A stretch of 64,000 bases of DNA from Polyangiaceae bacterium (GCA_965222375.1 CBDCTZ010000014.1:480001-544000), one strand, 5' to 3'. Positions 20,742-30,838 are shown, counted from the first letter of the stretch. Program-made: numbers and translations. The notes: generated by a model from the sequence alone, not told the origin.

Positions 20742-21512
20742 ATGCGGCTCTGGAGCCTATTGGTGTTGGCGGCGATGAGCGGGTGTGGCTCATCGGCAAC
20801 CTCGGGGCCTGGCGCCGTGGATGGCGGCGCCGGTTTTGGTGGAATCGGGGTCGACGCGGCTGCCGGTTTTGGCGGCTTCGGCGGCAGTGCTGGCGGCGGC
20901 GGCGCAGGCGGCACAGCCGGTGTTGGCGGTGCAACCTTGGATGCTAGCTTGCCCCCGCCCGGTCAGCTACTCGGCGCGTTCAAGCTGACCTACTACTGGG
21001 TGACGACCGAAGAAGAGCACTCCGGCAGCAAGACAACGAACCTTTATGACCCCGGGTGCAAAGTGCTCGCGACTGTCAGCTCGGGCTTCGCCAGTGCAAT
21101 CAAGCTGGAGGGCACCGGGCGACTGTCGGACGGGCGGATCCTCAACTACGATGGCCCGTGCGCGTGTCCCCTCACGCCCTGCTACTTCGAGGCGGACGCC
21201 CAACATCCCTGGGGCTACGGTGTTCAGAATCGAGCTTTGGTTCCGTTTCGTTCCATTGCAGTCGACAAGGACACGATCGCAATTGGCACGCGTGTTTATG
21301 TGGCAGAACTCGACGGGGTATCCGTCCCCGGGGACTCGAGTTACGGCAACTTCGTGCACGATGGCTGCGTGACAGCGGACGACGTCGGAGGGGGTATCAA
21401 GGGCGCGCACATCGATTTCTTCGCGGCCCTCAAGCCTCACTATCAGAGTTTGGACGGTCAGCTTGGCCTGACTTCGGTGACCCTGCACGCCGGTGGAGCG
21501 CGTTGCCCGTAG
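20742..21512 (+). CDS. 3D-domain (MltA-like lytic transglycosylase) lipoprotein
   Basis: Lipobox MSGC; LTYY, RSIAVD, DDVGGGIKGAHIDFF. Confidence 0.8.
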   Translation: MRLWSLLVLAAMSGCGSSATSGPGAVDGGAGFGGIGVDAAAGFGGFGGSAGGGGAGGTAGVGGATLDASLPPPGQLLGAFKLTYYWVTTEEEHSGSKTTNLYDPGCKVLATVSSGFASAIKLEGTGRLSDGRILNYDGPCACPLTPCYFEADAQHPWGYGVQNRALVPFRSIAVDKDTIAIGTRVYVAELDGVSVPGDSSYGNFVHDGCVTADDVGGGIKGAHIDFFAALKPHYQSLDGQLGLTSVTLHAGGARCP

Positions 21513-21584
21513 CCAGGACCGCCACGTCCTGAAGGCGCAGGTGCGAGCCCAGCGCCCGCCCCAAAGGGTGACGGGGGCGGCGCT

Positions 21585-22895
21585 TCACGCTTCGCTCGCG
21601 GAAACGCCCAGTGCGCGGCGCACCGCTAGTGCCAGGTTTTCGGCGCTCAGAGGTTTCAGTAGGAAAGCATCCGCGCCTAGTTCGGACAGCACCTTCCAAT
21701 CCGATGCACCGCCTACGGCGGTCATGACGATGACCCGCGGCCTTTTGGTCTCCGTGCGCAGACTGGCGACGATCTCCATACCGCTCATTCTTGGCATGTC
21801 GAGATCGAGGAGCGCCAGATCGCAGCCAGTCGTGGAAAGCTCTTGCAAGGCTTCGCCGCCGTCCTTGGCTAGCGTGATGGTGGCTTGCGGGAGCGCTTCG
21901 GCAACGGTGCTGCGCGCGAACTCCAAGAAATCCGGATCGTCGTCGGCAATGAGCACCTGCTGGTCGCGCATGGGTGCGGCCACGGAAGTGCGCGCACTCT
22001 CCAGCTCCTTGAGAAACTGAAGCGCGCTCTCGGGCCGGTCCGCGGGAAACTTCTCCAGGGCGTGACGGATCGCAGCATCGAATGCGCTCGGCAGATCCTC
22101 GCGCAGGCTGCTTGGCGCCGGCGGCTCGTCATTCGTGTGCTGAAGCAGGACGTCCATCACCGCGTCAGCGGTGAATGGCATTCGGCCCGTCAGGAGTTCG
22201 AAGGCTAGTACGCCTAGCTGATACACGTCGGTGCGGGGCGCCAGTTCCGGAGCGGTCTTCCTGCCCAGGATTTGTTCTGGCGCCATGTAGTCGGGCGTGC
22301 CCGCCGTGCTGAAGCTCCCGCTCGCCTTGCTCTGAGCCAGGCGCGCTAGCCCCAGATCCGTCACGGCGATCCGAAAGCTGGGGCCGACGAGGATGTTGGC
22401 GGGCTTCAAATCCCGATGCACCGCGCCCGCCTCGTGAATGGCGTGCACTCCGCGACAGACCTGCTTTAGAATCCCAAGTGCTTCGTCGGGCGCCAGGCTG
22501 CCCGCGGTGGTCAGCCAGTCACTCAGGCTTCTACCGGGCACGAACTCCATCACGAAGTAGGGGCGGCCCTCGAGTTCTCCAAAGGCGTGAATGCTCACGA
22601 CGTTCTCGTGGCGCACCCGTGCCATCGCGCGGGCCTCGGTCACGAATCTTTTGCGAAAGCTCGGATCTGCCGTGAAGTGCGAGCCGAGCAGCTTGATGGC
22701 GACTTCGCGGTCGAGAGCGCGGTCCAGTGCCAGCCATACCTGGCCCATGGCGCCACGCCCTATTTCCGAGACCAACTCGTACTTCCCATCCACCACGTAA
22801 CCCGCGCCAAAGGGCGCGTCTTCGGCCGCGCTCTGGATTTCGCCGTCGGCGGACAGGGTGGCCGTGTCCGCGGAACTCTTTTCTTCGTCGGCCAC
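21585..22895 (-). CDS. Ser/Thr kinase fused to a C-terminal receiver domain
   Basis: IGRGAMGQV, VAIK, HRDLKPAN, DLG, APE; REC motifs ADDD, LLDLDMP, KP. Confidence 0.92.
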   Translation of the reverse strand: MADEEKSSADTATLSADGEIQSAAEDAPFGAGYVVDGKYELVSEIGRGAMGQVWLALDRALDREVAIKLLGSHFTADPSFRKRFVTEARAMARVRHENVVSIHAFGELEGRPYFVMEFVPGRSLSDWLTTAGSLAPDEALGILKQVCRGVHAIHEAGAVHRDLKPANILVGPSFRIAVTDLGLARLAQSKASGSFSTAGTPDYMAPEQILGRKTAPELAPRTDVYQLGVLAFELLTGRMPFTADAVMDVLLQHTNDEPPAPSSLREDLPSAFDAAIRHALEKFPADRPESALQFLKELESARTSVAAPMRDQQVLIADDDPDFLEFARSTVAEALPQATITLAKDGGEALQELSTTGCDLALLDLDMPRMSGMEIVASLRTETKRPRVIVMTAVGGASDWKVLSELGADAFLLKPLSAENLALAVRRALGVSASEA

Positions 22896-22993
22896 GGTCG
22901 ACGAAGAGTACAAGGTCGTCGGCAATTCGCAAACCAGTGTTCAGAATTGGACGGCGACGGCGGCCAACGGGCTGCATCCTCAACGAATGTGCC

Positions 22994-23443
22994 TCAGCAG
23001 GAATCGCCGCAGACGATGACGTTGCCAGGACACGACTGGGCAGGTCGAAGTTTGCACTGGACCGCGCACGGCTTTTTGGTTTGACACACTACGGTGCAGG
23101 TGTCTGAGCATTGCACGCTACAACCTGGTGGTCCGCTGCAGGTGACAGTGCTGCCGGTGCCCACGCTGGCGCTGCAGCTGCCCTCGCTAGCGCAGGTCAC
23201 GCTGCAGCCCGCGCCGCATTGGAAGTCGCAGTCGTGGTTCTTGTCGCAAGTCAGCGAGCAGTCCTTTTCGCACTCCAGGTCGCAGTGCCTGGGTTCGTCA
23301 CGGCATTGGCAGCCCCCGCCGGAGCAAATGCAGCTGTTGTCGTTGCAATTCTCGTCGCGATTGCTGGAGCAACCAGATGACAGCAGCGCCGGCACGAGCA
23401 GCCAGATCAGGACTGCCCCAAGGCCGTTCAGCCAGCGTAACAC
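22994..23443 (-). CDS. Small Cys-rich lipoprotein
   Basis: LSSGC followed by repeated CxxxC units; GTG 6 nt after TATACT. Confidence 0.75.
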   Translation of the reverse strand: MLRWLNGLGAVLIWLLVPALLSSGCSSNRDENCNDNSCICSGGGCQCRDEPRHCDLECEKDCSLTCDKNHDCDFQCGAGCSVTCASEGSCSASVGTGSTVTCSGPPGCSVQCSDTCTVVCQTKKPCAVQCKLRPAQSCPGNVIVCGDSC

Positions 23444-23462
23444 CTCGAGAGTATAGCGGAGC

Positions 23463-24521
23463 TCAAGGGAAGAGCGCGACTTCCGGTAGCCCACGGGCGC
23501 CGGGTAGCCCAAGCGCTATGTTGAGGGCCTGGATGGCTTGAGCGGCAGCGCCCCGCGCCAGATTGTCGATGGCGGCCATGGCAACGACCATGTGAGTGCG
23601 TTCATCCAGCGCGTAGGAAACGTGCGCCCGGGCACTGCCGCGGACAAACAAGGTGTCGGGTGGAGTTCCGACGGGCAGCACCGTGACCAGACCAGCGCCA
23701 TACTGCCGCCGTGCTGCGTCGGTGCAGGTTTCGGCATTAATGCCGGTGCGCGCCCGCGCATACGCGGTCGTCAGAATGCTTCGGCTCATTGGGACGAGGT
23801 GCGGCGTGAACGTGACCTGCACGCTCTCACCCGCGGCCCGGGACAGCTCTTGCTCGATCTCGGGAATGTGCCGATGGGTGCCCCCGGTCTTGTAGGGCCT
23901 AAGCCCCTCGGCGGATTCGGGAAAGTGAGTGGCTTGGCTTGGCGCTTTGCCAGCGCCCGAGACCCCGCTCTTCGAATCAATGATCACTGGTGAGTGCTCC
24001 ACCAGCTGATCTGCCAACAGGGGAGCAAGAGCCAAGGTCGCGCTCGTCGGATAGCAGCCCGGCGCAGCGATGAGTCGCGCGCCTTCGAGCTCCGACTGGT
24101 GCCACTCGGGTTGACCGTAGACGGCTTTGTCCAACAGCGCTGGCGCCGGGTGCGGGCCGTACCACTTCTCGTAGGCGGAAAGATCGCGTAGGCGGAAGTC
24201 CGCGGACAGGTCGACCACCACGAGCCCCGCATCGTGCAAGGCTTGTCCGGCTTGGGCGCTGGCGGCGTGTGGCAAGGCAGTGAATACGACGTCGAGTCGC
24301 TCGGCCAGGCGAGCAGCGTCGGCGGGGTCGAAGCTCTCAATGGCGAGATCACCCAACCCGCTCACGCCGCGGGTTGCAGGCATCGCGTGCCCCAGGCGAT
24401 CCCCGGCGGTCTCTCGAGCCGCGACATACACCAACTCGAACTCCGGGTGCGCATGGACCAGCCGAAGCAGTTCTGCTCCGGTGTAGCCCGTGACGCCGAT
24501 GATACCGACCCGCCAGCTCAC
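23463..24521 (-). CDS. argC: N-acetyl-gamma-glutamyl-phosphate reductase
   Basis: GVTGYTG, DLSADFRL, PGCYPT, SGVSGAG, IDNLARGAA. Confidence 0.95.
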   Translation of the reverse strand: MSWRVGIIGVTGYTGAELLRLVHAHPEFELVYVAARETAGDRLGHAMPATRGVSGLGDLAIESFDPADAARLAERLDVVFTALPHAASAQAGQALHDAGLVVVDLSADFRLRDLSAYEKWYGPHPAPALLDKAVYGQPEWHQSELEGARLIAAPGCYPTSATLALAPLLADQLVEHSPVIIDSKSGVSGAGKAPSQATHFPESAEGLRPYKTGGTHRHIPEIEQELSRAAGESVQVTFTPHLVPMSRSILTTAYARARTGINAETCTDAARRQYGAGLVTVLPVGTPPDTLFVRGSARAHVSYALDERTHMVVAMAAIDNLARGAAAQAIQALNIALGLPGARGLPEVALFP

Positions 24522-24565
24522 GTTCTGGTCCTGTTCATGTTGATCCTGGGGTAGCAAGCGCCCCC

Positions 24566-24602
24566 ACAAAACGAAAGCGCGCGACCCGTGAGGCCGCGCG
24601 CT
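24566..24602 (-). terminator. Intrinsic terminator after rpsI
   Basis: AGCGCGCG/CGCGCGCT stem followed by TTCGTTTTGT on the minus strand. Confidence 0.65.
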
Positions 24603-24620
24603 CGTCTGACAAGCTGCCGC

Positions 24621-25016
24621 TCAGCGCTTGCTGTACTGGAAGCGCTTGCGGGCACCAGGTTGCCCGTACTTCTTGCGCTCCTTCTTGCGGGCATCCCGGG
24701 TGAGGTACCCGGCCCGTTTGAGGGCGCGGCGACGCTCGGGATCTTCCGACGACAGGGCTTTGGCGACGCCGTTTCGCAGCGCTTCGGCTTGGGCACTGTG
24801 CCCGCCCCCGGCAACGGTGGCGCGGACGTCGTACTTGTCCGTCAGCTCGAGTAGTTCCAAAGACTGCCGCGCGATCATTCGCGTAGTCATGCGCTCGAAG
24901 TAGGAGTCGGCGTCGACGCCATTGACTGTGATTGCACCTGAACCCGGTGCAACCCAAACTCGCGCAACGGCGGTCTTGCGCTTGCCAGTGGCGTACGTGA
25001 ATGCAGTATCGGTCAT
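24621..25016 (-). CDS. rpsI: 30S ribosomal protein S9
   Basis: [11 protein letters not shown]...[19 protein letters not shown]. Confidence 0.98.
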   Translation of the reverse strand: MTDTAFTYATGKRKTAVARVWVAPGSGAITVNGVDADSYFERMTTRMIARQSLELLELTDKYDVRATVAGGGHSAQAEALRNGVAKALSSEDPERRRALKRAGYLTRDARKKERKKYGQPGARKRFQYSKR

Positions 25017-25030
25017 CAACTCTCTCCGCC

Positions 25031-25465
25031 CTAGAGGGCTAGCGGCTCTGGCTTCTGGGCGGTGTGTGGGTGTTCCCCGCCGCCATAGACCTTCAGCTTC
25101 TCGAGCATTCGTCGCCCGAGGACGTTCTTGGGCAGCATGCCCTTGACTGCCTTTTGGATGGGCAGCTGTGGCTTGTTGGCAGCGAGGTGGGCGAAGCTCT
25201 TCGCGTGCAGTCCGCCCTGGAAGCCGCTGTAGCGGTAGTAGGTCTTCGTCTGTGCCTTCTTGCCGGTGAGCTTCACGTGACTGGCGTTGACCACAACGAC
25301 AAAGTCGCCGGTGTCGACATGGGGCGTGTAGGTGGGCTTGTGTTTGCCCGAGAGCAGAGTGGCGACGCGGCTTGCAAGCCGGCCCAAGGGTTGATCCCTG
25401 GCGTCTACGACCCACCACTTGCGGGTTTCCTGCGCGCGGGCAGGTTTCTCGATGAACGTCCGCAT
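25031..25465 (-). CDS. rplM: 50S ribosomal protein L13
   Basis: WWVVDA...[21 protein letters not shown]. Confidence 0.98.
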   Translation of the reverse strand: MRTFIEKPARAQETRKWWVVDARDQPLGRLASRVATLLSGKHKPTYTPHVDTGDFVVVVNASHVKLTGKKAQTKTYYRYSGFQGGLHAKSFAHLAANKPQLPIQKAVKGMLPKNVLGRRMLEKLKVYGGGEHPHTAQKPEPLAL

Positions 25466-25546
25466 TTGAACTAGTCCTCGTTGCTGGCCGCGGCAGGACG
25501 CCAGCGGCAACCCCTGGGCAGCGCTCTGCTCATCAAGGGGCCGCGG

Positions 25547-25575
25547 TTTTTAGCTTTTGGGGTGGTCTTCGTCAA
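25547..25575 (-). promoter_or_regulatory. Sigma70-type promoter of rplM-rpsI
   Basis: TTGACG-N17-TAAAAA on the minus strand. Confidence 0.6.
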
Positions 25576-25726
25576 GCTCGGCTAGCCGCCGGAACCATGC
25601 GCTGAGGGGCCCTTCCCCGGTCATTGAGAAATTCTGTATAGTTTCAGCAGGTTAGAGGCCGGTTTTGGCGACATCGCGTAAAGCACCAGCGCCGCCTCCT
25701 TGGCTATACTCTGAGACCGTACCGCC

Positions 25727-27640
25727 TTGAAACGAGTTCCCACCAACGTGCGCCTAGCGGAACGGCTCGCTGCTGATAGCCAAATCACCAGCGCGCAGTG
25801 TGCCGCGGCGGTGACCTTTGCCCAGCACAACGGTGAGCGAATCGAAGAGGCGCTGCTGGAGACCGGGGCCATCGATGAGGTTTCGTTGCTGAAGTACCTC
25901 GCGTCGCATCACCAGACTCGCTTCGTTTCCACGGAGAAACTGGGCAAGGCCAAGATCGACAAGTTCACCCTGAGCAAGATCCCTCACAAGCTGGCGGTGA
26001 TGCACGGAGTTTTCCCTGTGCTTTGGGAACCGCAGACGTCCGCCATCTCCATCGTCACGGCAGATCCGGATGACGCTCCGGCGATCCAGGACGTTCAGCT
26101 GGCGTCGGACGCCAAAGACGTGCGCGTATTCGTTGGGCGACCCAAGGCGGTGCGTGCGGCCATTGCGAAGAACTACGCGGGAGACATGCGCGCCTTCGCG
26201 CTCTTGGAGCGCGCCGCAGCCCCCGACATGATCGACATGTTCGACCGGGGCATCGAGACGGGTGGATTCGTCCTCGAACGTACGGTGCCCGAGGCGACCC
26301 CACAGCCAGCGGACACGGCACCTGCTGTCGCCGGCCAACTCTTGCCAGATGTGTTGGGCGAGCCGTTCCGGGAGACCCTGAACGTGCTCGTCACCCTGGT
26401 AGAGAGCACTCGTGCGGAACTGCGCGGGCATTCTGCCCACGTAGCGCGTCTGATGCGCCAGGCCGCCGATCGCATCGACCTTTCCGAGCGAGACAAGGCC
26501 GTAGCCAGCGTGGCTGGCTACTTGCACGACCTAGGCAAGATGGGCGCGTACCACCTGACCGCGCTGAACGTCGCGGAGTACGACGCGCACCGCACCGCCG
26601 CCAGCAAGTTGCACACGGCGCCGCTGCGTATGATGGAAGCCGTCGGCTTGCCGCCGGAGGTCGTGCGCGCCATCGAGCACATGTACGAACGTCACGACGG
26701 AAAGGGGTTTCCAGAAGAACGCTCGGGCAAGGAGATCCCGATCATCGGTCGCTTGCTTGCGATCACCGACACCTATGCGGATCTGACTCAAAATCCGCGC
26801 AACCCTTATCGAAAGGTGCTGGAACCGATGCAGGCTTGCCAAGTGCTAGCGCGGTACCGAGGCGCCGTTTTCGATCCCAACTTGGTTGACGTATTCCGGA
26901 TGATGGTCACGGGTGACGACCTCAAGGCGCGACTGTTGGCTACCCGCCACCGCATTCTACTCCTCGACCCGGATCCCGAAGAGACCACGGTGCTGGAGCT
27001 GCGCATGATGGAGCAGGGCTTCGAAGTCAAAGCCGCGCGGGATCCCGAGCAGGCAGCCAGTCTCCTGGAGACCGGGGATGTCGAACTCGTCGTCAGCGAA
27101 ATGGAGCTCGAACCCGAAGATGGGATCGCATTCTTGAAGCGCGCGCGGCAAACCGAGTGGGGCAAGGCCTTGCCCTGGGTGTTTCTCACTGGTCGGGCTG
27201 GGGGTGGGGACGCGGAACGCGCGTTCGCGGCTGGGGCCGCGGACTACGTGACCAAGCCCTACAGCGCCGATCTCTTGGTGACCAAACTGAAGCAGATTCT
27301 CGAGCGGGATACTGGTGCCGGGGGTGGGAGGGGCGTGAGTGGTTCCCTGACCGAAATGAGCCTTCCGGACATGGTGCAGGTCTTGTTTCACGGCAAGAAA
27401 ACCGGTGCTCTCAAGATCCGCTCCGCCGGTCGCTCCGGGGAGATCCACTTCGTCTCCGGAGACATCTTCAACGCGTTGTGGGAGGAAGCGCGCGGTGCGG
27501 ATGCCTTCTACGAGATGCTCTGCCTAAAGGAAGGAGATTTCGCCCTCGATCCGAACTTCACCGCTCCCCAGCGTGTGATCAACGATTCACCAGATGGGCT
27601 GCTGCTCGAGGGCATGCGCCGCTTGGACGAGGGGCTTTGA
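25727..27640 (+). CDS. MshEN/GSPII_N-like + HD-GYP-like + receiver + DUF4388 signalling protein
   Basis: RLAERL...RIEEALLETGAI; HSAHVA, LHDLGK, HMYERHDGKGFP; REC-like domain; GSLTEMSLPDMVQVLFHGKKTG...LLLEGMRRLDE. Confidence 0.82.
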   Translation: MKRVPTNVRLAERLAADSQITSAQCAAAVTFAQHNGERIEEALLETGAIDEVSLLKYLASHHQTRFVSTEKLGKAKIDKFTLSKIPHKLAVMHGVFPVLWEPQTSAISIVTADPDDAPAIQDVQLASDAKDVRVFVGRPKAVRAAIAKNYAGDMRAFALLERAAAPDMIDMFDRGIETGGFVLERTVPEATPQPADTAPAVAGQLLPDVLGEPFRETLNVLVTLVESTRAELRGHSAHVARLMRQAADRIDLSERDKAVASVAGYLHDLGKMGAYHLTALNVAEYDAHRTAASKLHTAPLRMMEAVGLPPEVVRAIEHMYERHDGKGFPEERSGKEIPIIGRLLAITDTYADLTQNPRNPYRKVLEPMQACQVLARYRGAVFDPNLVDVFRMMVTGDDLKARLLATRHRILLLDPDPEETTVLELRMMEQGFEVKAARDPEQAASLLETGDVELVVSEMELEPEDGIAFLKRARQTEWGKALPWVFLTGRAGGGDAERAFAAGAADYVTKPYSADLLVTKLKQILERDTGAGGGRGVSGSLTEMSLPDMVQVLFHGKKTGALKIRSAGRSGEIHFVSGDIFNALWEEARGADAFYEMLCLKEGDFALDPNFTAPQRVINDSPDGLLLEGMRRLDEGL

Positions 27641-27761
27641 TAGGGATTTGGACCCGCGCCTCGCGGATCGGATGTCCAGGGCGGCAGCTGCGGAAATTGG
27701 TTCGTACCGCGCCTGCGGGCGGCGTGGTACCCTTCCGGGTCTGACATAGAGGGAGCGCTAC

Positions 27762-28913
27762 GTGCCGAAGACGCCGCCTCCGGTGCTTGGTTTCAACAAT
27801 AACGTCCGGCACCAGGGGCGTATTTTTCACATCCAGACGGAAGACTCGGGCGTCAAACGACCGCACGTCAAGACGCATCTATTTGGTGACGGCGGTCGAA
27901 TCCTGAAAAGTGCGCGTACCGACTACGCCGAACACGTGGGCCGCGCCGATCTAGCGCAGGTCGTTCGGCAGATGATGAAGGACCAGCACAAGGCGATGTT
28001 CGTCGCCCTACGCAAAGGTGAGTTGAACGGTGTCATCGAGGAGGCCTTTGGCCCGCCTCCGGCCCAAAAGGCTGGCGCCAGCGCTGCCGCGCCGGCCCGG
28101 AGCAGTTCGTCCCCGCTTGCCACGCCGCCGGCGGAACCCGTCGCTGCGGCCCCCCCGAGCTCCGCCAACGAGGGTCCCAAGACGGATATCGCGCCGCCGC
28201 CCTCGCGGAGTGAACCACTCGTGCGCGTGCCTCAGGCGGGGGCCGGCCCGGATCACCCAGAAATGGTGCCGCCGGTGTCGCGGCCCGCATCGCGGACTCC
28301 TGCCGAAGCGCGCCGGCCAGCCAGTTCACCACCGGCAGCCCCACCAGGACGCGACAGCTCTCCCCCCGCAACCACGAGCGCCCCGCCCATAGCGGTCAGG
28401 GCCCCACCTGGCGTGGGCCGGCCCCTTGAGCGGGTGCCCTCTGGTGCGGCCACGCGGCGCCCCGCTCGGCAAGAACCCATGCCGCAACCGGCGCCATCCA
28501 GTCCTCGTCGGCCGAATTCTTCGACTCCCAGAATCGGCACACCCGCTTTCGGTACGCCACGGGTTGCACGACCAGCTTCGGGCAGCCCCGGGCGCGCTTC
28601 GCGCCCACCGCCTGCAACCGGGCGCGGCTCCCGCCCACCCTCCGGGGTACCGCCTCGTGGATCGCGACCGCCAACGGGTCCACCCGGCGTCGGCTCGCGC
28701 CCTCCTTCGGATCCCAACGCTGGGCGCTACTCCGTCGTGCCGCCGCCGGACGAAGCCGAGCGCTATGCCGTGTCACGCCCGGCATCGATCTTCGGCGACG
28801 CGAAACCCGCTCGCAGCATTTTCGGCGACGACGAAATGGTCGGCGAAAAGTCTCTGGACGAAGTGATCCTCAGCTACTTGGCAGAGGACCTCGAGCAGCC
28901 GCCGCGCAAGTAG
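27762..28913 (+). CDS. Protein with conserved N-domain, Pro-rich linker and SLDEVILSYL tail (possibly RomY-like)
   Basis: GFNNNVRHQGRIFHIQTEDSG...HLF; long Pro/Arg/Ser linker. The RomY resemblance is from memory and unverified. Confidence 0.55.
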   Translation: MPKTPPPVLGFNNNVRHQGRIFHIQTEDSGVKRPHVKTHLFGDGGRILKSARTDYAEHVGRADLAQVVRQMMKDQHKAMFVALRKGELNGVIEEAFGPPPAQKAGASAAAPARSSSSPLATPPAEPVAAAPPSSANEGPKTDIAPPPSRSEPLVRVPQAGAGPDHPEMVPPVSRPASRTPAEARRPASSPPAAPPGRDSSPPATTSAPPIAVRAPPGVGRPLERVPSGAATRRPARQEPMPQPAPSSPRRPNSSTPRIGTPAFGTPRVARPASGSPGRASRPPPATGRGSRPPSGVPPRGSRPPTGPPGVGSRPPSDPNAGRYSVVPPPDEAERYAVSRPASIFGDAKPARSIFGDDEMVGEKSLDEVILSYLAEDLEQPPRK

Positions 28914-28915
28914 CC

Positions 28916-30814
28916 TCAGTGCCCGCCCTTCGCTGCGGGCTTGGCGCTCCAGATCCGCAGGCAGAGCAAGAAGCCGACTACCGCGAACGGCAAGAGGAAC
29001 CAGGGCCAGTAGGCCCAGTCTCGGCTAGTCAAGTACCCCAAGCTCACGCTCTGCAAGGCCGTGCCTAGATACACGAAGCCATCGATGATTCCGACCGCAG
29101 TGGCGGCTCCCTTGCGACCCCCGAAATCCATGGTGGCGGTGCCGGAAAGGAGGCCGTGGGTCCCGATCACGCAGAGACTCATCAGGAACACAAAAACCCC
29201 CAGAAAATACGGGCTCATGGGCGTGACGGGCTGCGCCTTCAGCAGGCGCATATCTCCCGCCTGATGCACGGGCTTCGGATCTGAAAGCTCCAGGCTCAGG
29301 GTCTCGCTGCCGCGCTTGACCTTTGCGGGGATTGGACGCCCTTCGGCGAAGCTCGGCTTGGGCGCGTCCTTGAGATCCGAGGCACAGATGCAACGTTTCT
29401 CGTTCCAACCCGAAGCTTTGCAGGTGGGTTGCCAACACACCACTGCGTCTCGGACTTCCTTCCAACTGCTGACGTTGTCTCGCCCCGCGATGCTCAGGAT
29501 TTCGTCGCCGGCCTGCAGTCCACTCTTGTCCTTGGCCGTGGCAACGACGTTTTGCCCCGGGGCCATGACGAAGCCCATGACCAAAGTGCACAGCGCTAAG
29601 AACCCGTACAAGCCAGCCGCAGCTGGACCACGCCGACTCTGGAAAAAGAGATCACTGACCCATCCGGCCACGTTGCCGCCGATGACTCCCGCGGTCATCA
29701 GCAAGCCGCCCCAACCACCCTGGAATAGGAACGGGGCGAGGAACGCCAGGGCCGAGAAGATGATCAGGTAGCCACGCCGCGCGCCACTGGCTTTGGAGGC
29801 GATGTAACCAGAGATGGCCGCCACAGCGAAGCAGGGCAGGGCAGGCCAGAGTGGAGACGCGGACCAGGCATCTATGGCATTCAGCATGTCGCCGCCGCGC
29901 AGGGGGTGGGACCGCGGCAGGGCCCAAATCTCCTTGGCGTAGATCGGGAACCAATGCATCACGCCATTGCGCAGGACTCCGGTGCAAAATTCGATGAACG
30001 CGACCGTCAAAATGATGGGATTTGACAAGATCCGCTTGATCAATTCCAAGGCGGGCACCGGCTTGTCGCTGGTGTCGCCGCTGGAGGCGTCGCCAGTGTC
30101 GAAGTCCTTGTGGCCGGCAAGGCCCGGTCTGTCGCGCAGGAGGGCGAGCTCGATCAGGAAGAAGATCCCGAGGAACAGACCAGGGAGTGCGAATACGACC
30201 CATGCCACGCTCGGCGCACTAGAACCGGTGATTCGCTGGGCGATACGCAGGAGCACGTCGTTGACGGTGAACGCCAAGAAGATCCCGCTTGAGATCATCG
30301 TGCCGAAGATGCCGGAGAACCCGCCACGCTCGGTCACGTGGAACCAATGCGCGTTGACCTTGACGATGGAAACCGCGCCGAAGCTTTGGAAGTACATATT
30401 CGTGGCGTACAGCGCACTGAACACGAGTCGAAGCGGCGCATCCGCGGCCGTCCCGCTGCTCACCACGTTGTGCAGGTAGGCGCCCATGGCGAGGTTGGCC
30501 ACCATCGCGCCGAAAGCGCCGATCAGCATGCCCTTGCGACCGCCCATGCGGTCCACGAGGGGCCCGTTGAGCAAGAACGCAAAAGCGTAGACGAAGGTGC
30601 CCGCGCCAAAGATGATGCCGAAGTCCTCCTTCGTCATCAGCTCACCCAAGCTGTACTTGGCTACGGTGAGGTTGTAGCGGCCCATGTAGAGCAGCGCATA
30701 CGTGATGCCGAGGGGGAACCAGTTCAGGAAACGGCGGCGTCGGAACGCCGCCGAGTGCTTGATGCCCGCGCCCGAGTATTTGGCGGTGGATGCGCCCATG
30801 CGGAGCGGGAGCAT
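28916..30814 (-). CDS. MFS transporter (GlpT/OPA-like) with inserted PDZ-like domain
   Basis: YMGRYN, NGPLVDRMGGRK, WFHVTERGGFSG, GWVSD, AVGIIDGFVYLG; insert SGLQAGDEILSIAG. Confidence 0.82.
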   Translation of the reverse strand: MLPLRMGASTAKYSGAGIKHSAAFRRRRFLNWFPLGITYALLYMGRYNLTVAKYSLGELMTKEDFGIIFGAGTFVYAFAFLLNGPLVDRMGGRKGMLIGAFGAMVANLAMGAYLHNVVSSGTAADAPLRLVFSALYATNMYFQSFGAVSIVKVNAHWFHVTERGGFSGIFGTMISSGIFLAFTVNDVLLRIAQRITGSSAPSVAWVVFALPGLFLGIFFLIELALLRDRPGLAGHKDFDTGDASSGDTSDKPVPALELIKRILSNPIILTVAFIEFCTGVLRNGVMHWFPIYAKEIWALPRSHPLRGGDMLNAIDAWSASPLWPALPCFAVAAISGYIASKASGARRGYLIIFSALAFLAPFLFQGGWGGLLMTAGVIGGNVAGWVSDLFFQSRRGPAAAGLYGFLALCTLVMGFVMAPGQNVVATAKDKSGLQAGDEILSIAGRDNVSSWKEVRDAVVCWQPTCKASGWNEKRCICASDLKDAPKPSFAEGRPIPAKVKRGSETLSLELSDPKPVHQAGDMRLLKAQPVTPMSPYFLGVFVFLMSLCVIGTHGLLSGTATMDFGGRKGAATAVGIIDGFVYLGTALQSVSLGYLTSRDWAYWPWFLLPFAVVGFLLCLRIWSAKPAAKGGH

Positions 30815-30838
30815 ACATGTTCAGTCTGTGATGTGGCC

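Noticed and set aside
23463..25465. argC directly after rplM-rpsI
   Set aside because: Familiar synteny, with a terminator in between.
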